DNA of 64,000 bases from Podarcis gaigeae (taxonomy: Eukaryota), in the NCBI GenBank assembly GCA_964106915.2, contig OZ066922.1. One strand, 5' to 3'. This document shows, piece after piece, positions 63,812-64,000 of the stretch; position 1 is the first letter of the stretch, and every line of letters begins with the position of its first letter. The notes under the pieces were generated by a model. It did no database searches, had not been told where the DNA came from, and was given only the letters and a program-made list of their open reading frames with translations. The translations under genes were made by a program, and so were the position numbers.

Positions 63812-64000
63812 CAGTGGAACCTCGTGTTACGTACCATCCTCCTTGCAAACGCTTTGGGTTATGAGCTCCACTAACCTGGAAGTAGATGCTCCTGGTTGTG
63901 AGTGGAAGTTGTGTGATGGCAGCGCGGCAGCAGCGGGAGGCACCATTAGTGAAAGCGTGCCTCATGTTATGAGCAATTTCGGCTTAAGAATGGACCTCCA
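63812..64000 (-). mobile_element. Diverged family-A-like MITE, running off the window
   Basis: ta-cagtggaacctc start; body similar to the inverted family A copies. Confidence 0.7.

Noticed and set aside
1-64000. CRISPR arrays or prokaryotic operons
   Set aside because: Eukaryotic repeat landscape; no regularly spaced repeat-spacer array seen.

Overview
Vertebrate genomic DNA, AT-rich and repeat-dense, most likely from a squamate (probably lacertid) lizard. This is inferred from multiple Sauria-type SINEs plus CR1/L2 LINE relics and hAT and Tc1/mariner (pogo-like) MITEs. I found no host protein-coding exon that I can support, so the window looks intronic or intergenic. The centrepiece is a complete, very young Ty3/Gypsy chromovirus of the Tf1/Sushi type on the minus strand (17831-23315). 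It has two 397-bp LTRs in which I found no mismatch, a CCTAT target-site duplication and intact gag and pol. Unusual features of this element: (1) the integrase ends in a chromodomain with an eroded aromatic cage, followed by two tandem acidic FxGF motifs that resemble host LEDGF-IBD/TFIIS-N-domain binding motifs (IBM/TIM), a candidate undescribed integration-tethering system; (2) there is no tRNA PBS, but two nested 11-bp LTR/leader duplexes indicate self-priming; (3) an H-type pseudoknot follows a non-canonical -1 slip site; (4) pol reads about 96 codons into the LTR, through the predicted primer sequence. Positions 2997-14090 are a near-identical tandem 5.4-kb duplication split by a 200-N gap, probably two haplotypes assembled side by side.
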